From assembly GCA_965247095.1 (NCBI GenBank), contig OZ251997.1, positions 1,632,001 to 1,696,000 on the forward strand: a DNA stretch of 64,000 nucleotides, given 5' to 3'. How positions within the stretch are numbered: position 1 is the stretch's first letter; the number at the start of each line of letters is the position of its first letter. Under the pieces are notes generated by a model. It did not search any database. It worked only from the letters and a program-made list of their open reading frames with translations, and was not told the DNA's origin. The position numbers were made by a program, and so were the translations under genes. Source of the stretch: Candidatus Multivorans sp. (lineage in GTDB: Bacteria > Acidobacteriota > Thermoanaerobaculia > Multivoradales > Multivoraceae). Positions 59,555 to 64,000 of this stretch are shown piece after piece.

Positions 59555-61636
59555 GTGAGAGCCACAGCCCTACGCCGTACCGCTATCGGCTGGGCGGCAG
59601 CCTCGGCAGTACTCGCGCTCGCGGTCTGCGGGTGGCCCACCGGGGCATCCGGCCAGAACGTTCGGGCGCCGAGCAGGACCGGTGTCCATCCGGATGTCCC
59701 CTTTTCCCATCTGCTGGGCCCCTGGATCAGGAACGAGCAACTCAGCGACGATCCGGTTCGGAAGGTCCAGGGCAAGCGAGTGGCGCCGAAACGCAGATCG
59801 CCAGCCGTGCACGAGCTGGCCCAAGCCCTCGCCGATCGCTACGGCACGGTGATGATCCGGATTCTCGAGGACGCCGTCGGGCTCCTCGACGACCGCGGCG
59901 GCAGCCGCGTCCTGGCGCTCGACGGCCGGCAGCACCTCCTCGGCCGCGGCGTCAAGGGGCGCATTCTCGACACCGACGAAAGCCTCACGATCGAGATGGT
60001 CGCTTCGGACTGGCGGCGGTCCGACACCTTCTTCCTGCTGAACGACCGGCTGGTGCGGATGACCGACCTCAAAGTCCGGTCCCAACCCAGGCTGTAATTC
60101 AGTACGGTCTACGACCGCCCGGAAACGCCGCCGGTCTCGGATTCCCTGGCCGCCGGCCTAGCCGCCGACGCCGGCCAGCCCGCCGCGATCCGCATTGTGC
60201 CGCCCGAACGCAGGGTCGGCGAACTGCTCAGCGGCAGAGTCGAAATCGAGACCCTGATCATCGATCCGCTCGTTGGTGAAGTGGAGTTCCTGCTCGACGG
60301 CAAACGGACCAGGCGCGTTCGCATACGACCCTTCACGACCCGCATCGGTTTGGCCGACCCACCCCGCGAGCAGAGGCTCGAGGCCCTGGCCTACGACAGA
60401 CAAGGCGAGTACATCGGAAGGGATGAGATCCTCCTCAACCAGATCGACAGGCCCTTCGCCGTCCGCATCGCGAAGATCCGCGGCGCGCAGGCAAACGGGG
60501 ACCCGGCGATTCGGGTGGCGGCCGCCGTGTCGCTGCCGCGCGCGGCGACGCTCGAGTTGGTCGAGTTCTACCGCAGCGAGCATCTCGTGTCGGCAACGCA
60601 CACCTTCGGCGAAGGAGGGGCGCCCGGCGCCGCGCGCACCATTCCCGTCGAGGCACTGATCGAGGGCGGCCGACCGGACGACTTCATCCGTGTTGTGGCG
60701 AAGCTCGCCGACGGCCGCGAGCGGGAAGACGCGGAACTCCTCCAGGGAGCGGACCACCAGAGCGAGATCGACATCCAACTGGTTCAGTTCCAGGTGCTGG
60801 TGACCGACCGCGACGGGAATCCTGTCAGCGGGCTCTCGCCGGAAGACTTCGAGATCCGGGAGAACGGCAGGAAGCGCCCGGCGGTGGCCCTCCACACCGC
60901 AACCGACGTGCCCCTGGTTCTGGGTCTGGCGATCGACTCGTCGGACAGCATGCTCTCCATCTGGAGTCGCCTGAAGTACATTGCCCGGCGCTTCCTTGAG
61001 GCCGCCCTGGGCCCAGGCGACCGGTCCTTCCTGGTCGACTTCGACGGCACGGTGCGCCTCGTTCAACCACTGACGGGAGACCAACCGCTGCTGAACGACC
61101 GGCTCGACCATTTGATTCCGCTGGGCGGCACGGCGCTGAATGACGGGCTCCTGTTCTCTCTGCTCCAGTACCGCCGCGAGCCCGGCCGCCGCGCGCTGGT
61201 CGTGGTCACCGACGGCGCCGACCAGCACAGCCGATCCCAACCCGAACAGTCCGCCGCCCTCGCGGAGCGGCTGGGCCTGCCGATCTACTTCATCGAGCTG
61301 GACGCGTCGGTTCCAAGGACCGGAACTTCATCCGGCGGCGTGGTCGCAGTCAACGTCACACCAACGACGCAACAGAAACGGGCACGGAAACGGCTCAGCC
61401 GGATCAGCGAGCAGACCGGCGGACGCCTCTTCCACATCGAGCTCTACGCCACCACGCCCTGGTGGACCGACCGCATCGAGCAGGTCTTCGATCAGATCGA
61501 AAAGGACCTGCGGCACCAACATGTGCTGACCTACTACAGCGACCAGCCGCTCGGCGCGCCGGTCGAACCCAAAATCCGAGTGACCCGGCGGGGGCTCAGT
61601 CTACGGAGCGCGGTGCCGCTCCTGGGGATCGAGTAG
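59555..61636 (+). pseudogene. VWA-domain protein, paralog 3, interrupted by in-frame TAA at 60095
   Basis: PRL*FSTVYD aligns with EFLFQTVYD and DLSFRTVYE of the paralogs; both ORF pieces share one frame; MIDAS DSSDS. Confidence 0.85.
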
Positions 61637-62007
61637 GGCGTCCCGCCCGGTGCGGGTGAAGCGCTCCAGCACTCGCAGCCCCTCCGTCGCCCTCGCCCTG
61701 GAACTGCCGTCCGCGGAGTAGTTCTTCGTCTCGACGACCAGCGAATCGCCCTCGAACCAGCCGCGCGAGTTGCCGTGCCAGAGCCGCAGATCGTCGGCGA
61801 GCGGCGCCTGCTCCCCCAGCGGGATGATGCGCACGTCGTGAATCAGCTCCTGCGCGACTCCCCTGGAACGGCCTGCAGGTCGGGCTGACCGTCAGCGGTG
61901 CGCGGAGCCTTCCAGTCTTCGGCTGCCAACATCCCGGTGGAGAACAGGAGAACCACGAGTAGGAACAGCCTGGCCACGCCGACGGAGCGCGAGTCGTTTC
62001 GGAGCAT
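61637..62007 (-). pseudogene. Internally deleted, 3'-truncated copy of the PDLxGxW secreted family
   Basis: GGAGG-ATG MLRNDS..signal..PRTADGQPDLQ, then an out-of-frame jump to QELIHDVRIIPL...GNSRGWFEGDSLVVET...ERFTR, ending at the VWA gene end. Confidence 0.8.
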
Positions 62008-62160
62008 CGGTTCAACCTCCTTCGATCAGCGGACGCGGCCCCATAGTACGGCAGGCGACGGGACCGGATGCGGGCGGGACGCCCGCGGCACAGGGCGGAA
62101 GCCGCCAAGCCCCAGCAGGCGGGTATCCTCCCCGCTCCGATCCCAAGGGAGATCACCGCC

Positions 62161-64000
62161 ATGCAGCTCAGCCAGTCCGTAGCCGTCGAACGCCACGAGG
62201 AGCCGGGACTTGGCGTCGTCGGCGCGATCTGGATCGACAACCCGCCGGTGAACGCGCTGAGCCAGCACGTCCGCGAGGGGCTGGCGGCGGCGGTGCCGGC
62301 AGTAGCAAACGACCCCGAGATGCAGGCGGCCGTCATCGTCTGCCGCGGCCGGACGTTCATCGCCGGCGCCGACATCCGCGAGTTCGGCAAACCGCGACTG
62401 CCCCCGGACACCAACGAGGTCCGGCGCATGATCGAGAAGTCCCCCAAGCCCTTCGTCGCGGCCATCCACGGCACCGCCCTGGGCGGCGGGCTGGAGATGG
62501 CGATGGCGTGCCACTTCCGGGTCGCCGACGCGCAGGCGCGTCTCGGCCTGCCCGAGGTGAAGCTCGGCATCCTGCCGGGCGGCGGCGGCACCCAGCGCCT
62601 GCCCCGCTTGGTCGGCGTGCCGCGGGCGCTCGAGATGATCACCAGCGGCGAGCACATCACCGCCGCCGAAGCGCTCGACCTGGGCCTGATCGACGGTGTG
62701 GTCGACGGCCTGGAGAGCACCAGCCTGGCAGTCGGCGCGTTCCGTTTCGCGCTCCGCGCCGTGGCCGAGGGCCGGGGCCTGCCGCGGGTGCGGGACATCG
62801 AGAGCCACCGGGACGCGGCGCGCGAGAACCCCGGCGTCTTCGACGATTTCCGCCGCCGGATCGCACGCAAAACCCGGGGGTTCAACGCGCCCGAGGCCTG
62901 CATCCAGTGCGTCGAGGCGGCAGCCATGCTGCCGTTCGACGAGGGTCTTCTGCGGGAGGCCGAGCTGTCGAGGCAACTGCACGCGGACCCGCAGTCGAGG
63001 GCCCAGCGCTACTACTTCTTCGCCGAGCGCGCGGCGAGGAAGATCCCGGACATCCCGGCGGATACGAAGGTCCGGGAGATCCGCCGCGTCGGCGTCCTCG
63101 GCGCCGGCACGATGGGCGGCGGCATCTCGATGGCCTTCGCCAACGCCGGCCTGCCGGTGTCGATCGTCGAGCAGAGCCGTGACGCGCTCGACCGGGGCCT
63201 GGCCACCGTTTGGCGCAACTACGAGCGCAGCGCGTCCCGCGGAAGGTTCACCCAGGACCAGATCGAGGAGCGGATGTCGCTCCTTCGTGGCGGCACGGAC
63301 CGGGACGCGCTGGCCGAGTGCGACCTCGTCATCGAGGCGGTGTTCGAGGACATGGATCTCAAGCGGAGAGTGTTTTCCGAGCTCGACCGGATCGCCAGAC
63401 CCGGCGCCCTGCTGGCCACGAACACGTCCTACCTCGACGTCAACGTGATCGGCGCCGAGACCGAACGGCCCGAGGACGTCGTCGGCATGCACTTCTTCAG
63501 TCCGGCCAACATCATGAAGCTGGTCGAGGTCGTCCGCGGCGAGAAGTCCGCGCCCGACGCGGTCGCGACCGCGATGTCGATCTCCCGGACGATCGGCAAG
63601 GCGCCGGTCCTGGTGGGCGTCTGTCACGGCTTCGTCGGCAACCGCATGCTCTTCCAGCGCCGCCTCCAGGCCGACCGGCTCGTGCTCGAGGGCCCGCTGC
63701 CGTGGGACATCGACCGCGTGCTCTACGACTTCGGCATGCCGATGGGTCCGTTCCGCATGAGCGACCTCGCCGGCCTGGACGTGGGCTGGAACGCTGAGAC
63801 CTCGTCGTCGAGCACCTTGCGCGAGATGCTCTGCGAGCGGGACCGGCGCGGCCAGAAGACGGGCCGCGGCTACTACGTCTACGACCCCGCCACGCGCGCC
63901 GCGGCGCCCGACCCGGAGGTCATGGACCTCGCCCGGGAACTGGCGGAACGGCTCGGCATCGAACAGCGCGAGATCGACGACGAGGAGATCCTGAACCGCT
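62161..64000 (+). CDS. Enoyl-CoA hydratase / 3-hydroxyacyl-CoA dehydrogenase (FadB-like), runs off the window
   Basis: Read directly from 62161: NPPVNAL, FIAGADI, GGGLE, PEVKLG.LPG, GAGTMGGGI, ATNTS, GMHFFSPA and GFVGNR motifs. Confidence 0.93.
   Translation, partial: MQLSQSVAVERHEEPGLGVVGAIWIDNPPVNALSQHVREGLAAAVPAVANDPEMQAAVIVCRGRTFIAGADIREFGKPRLPPDTNEVRRMIEKSPKPFVAAIHGTALGGGLEMAMACHFRVADAQARLGLPEVKLGILPGGGGTQRLPRLVGVPRALEMITSGEHITAAEALDLGLIDGVVDGLESTSLAVGAFRFALRAVAEGRGLPRVRDIESHRDAARENPGVFDDFRRRIARKTRGFNAPEACIQCVEAAAMLPFDEGLLREAELSRQLHADPQSRAQRYYFFAERAARKIPDIPADTKVREIRRVGVLGAGTMGGGISMAFANAGLPVSIVEQSRDALDRGLATVWRNYERSASRGRFTQDQIEERMSLLRGGTDRDALAECDLVIEAVFEDMDLKRRVFSELDRIARPGALLATNTSYLDVNVIGAETERPEDVVGMHFFSPANIMKLVEVVRGEKSAPDAVATAMSISRTIGKAPVLVGVCHGFVGNRMLFQRRLQADRLVLEGPLPWDIDRVLYDFGMPMGPFRMSDLAGLDVGWNAETSSSSTLREMLCERDRRGQKTGRGYYVYDPATRAAAPDPEVMDLARELAERLGIEQREIDDEEILNR

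Noticed and set aside
60095-60097. Programmed readthrough or alternative genetic code
   Set aside because: The stop is TAA, not TGA/TAG; TAA terminates other genes in the window, and it is a single instance.

Overview
High-GC bacterial chromosomal window. The gene set (DUF1592/PSCyt cytochrome, three acidobacterial-type VWA proteins, DUF6152 and the 'PDLxGxW...ACHEGN' secreted family) suggests Acidobacteriota, possibly host-associated; this is inference. All family calls are from motif recognition by eye, with no database search. The backbone has a CIRCE-regulated groES-groEL operon, an opp-type ABC transporter, an M16 peptidase pair, an alanine symporter, fabF, vapBC and a FadB-like gene. 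A large catabolic block (7.7-27 kb) includes an amidohydrolase-fold pair plus Rieske protein resembling AibH1H2/PtmU3-type oxygenases, and a CoA-transferase III plus HACL-type lyase operon. A decayed mobile/defence island at 3.6-7.4 kb carries AbiE with a frameshifted toxin, a MobA/MobL relaxase remnant, a solo IS21-like end and a HEPN-motif ORF. The most unusual signal is a ~70-bp double-hairpin repeat present 8 times with compensatory stem changes. Three copies, possibly four, lie in-frame inside predicted protein-coding genes and would add repeat-encoded peptides to protein termini. Other signals are a 5 x 23-bp tandem array in front of a truncated DUF4143 gene, a LuxR protein with a duplicated HTH, and many small gene remnants. 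No rRNA, tRNA or CRISPR array was seen.
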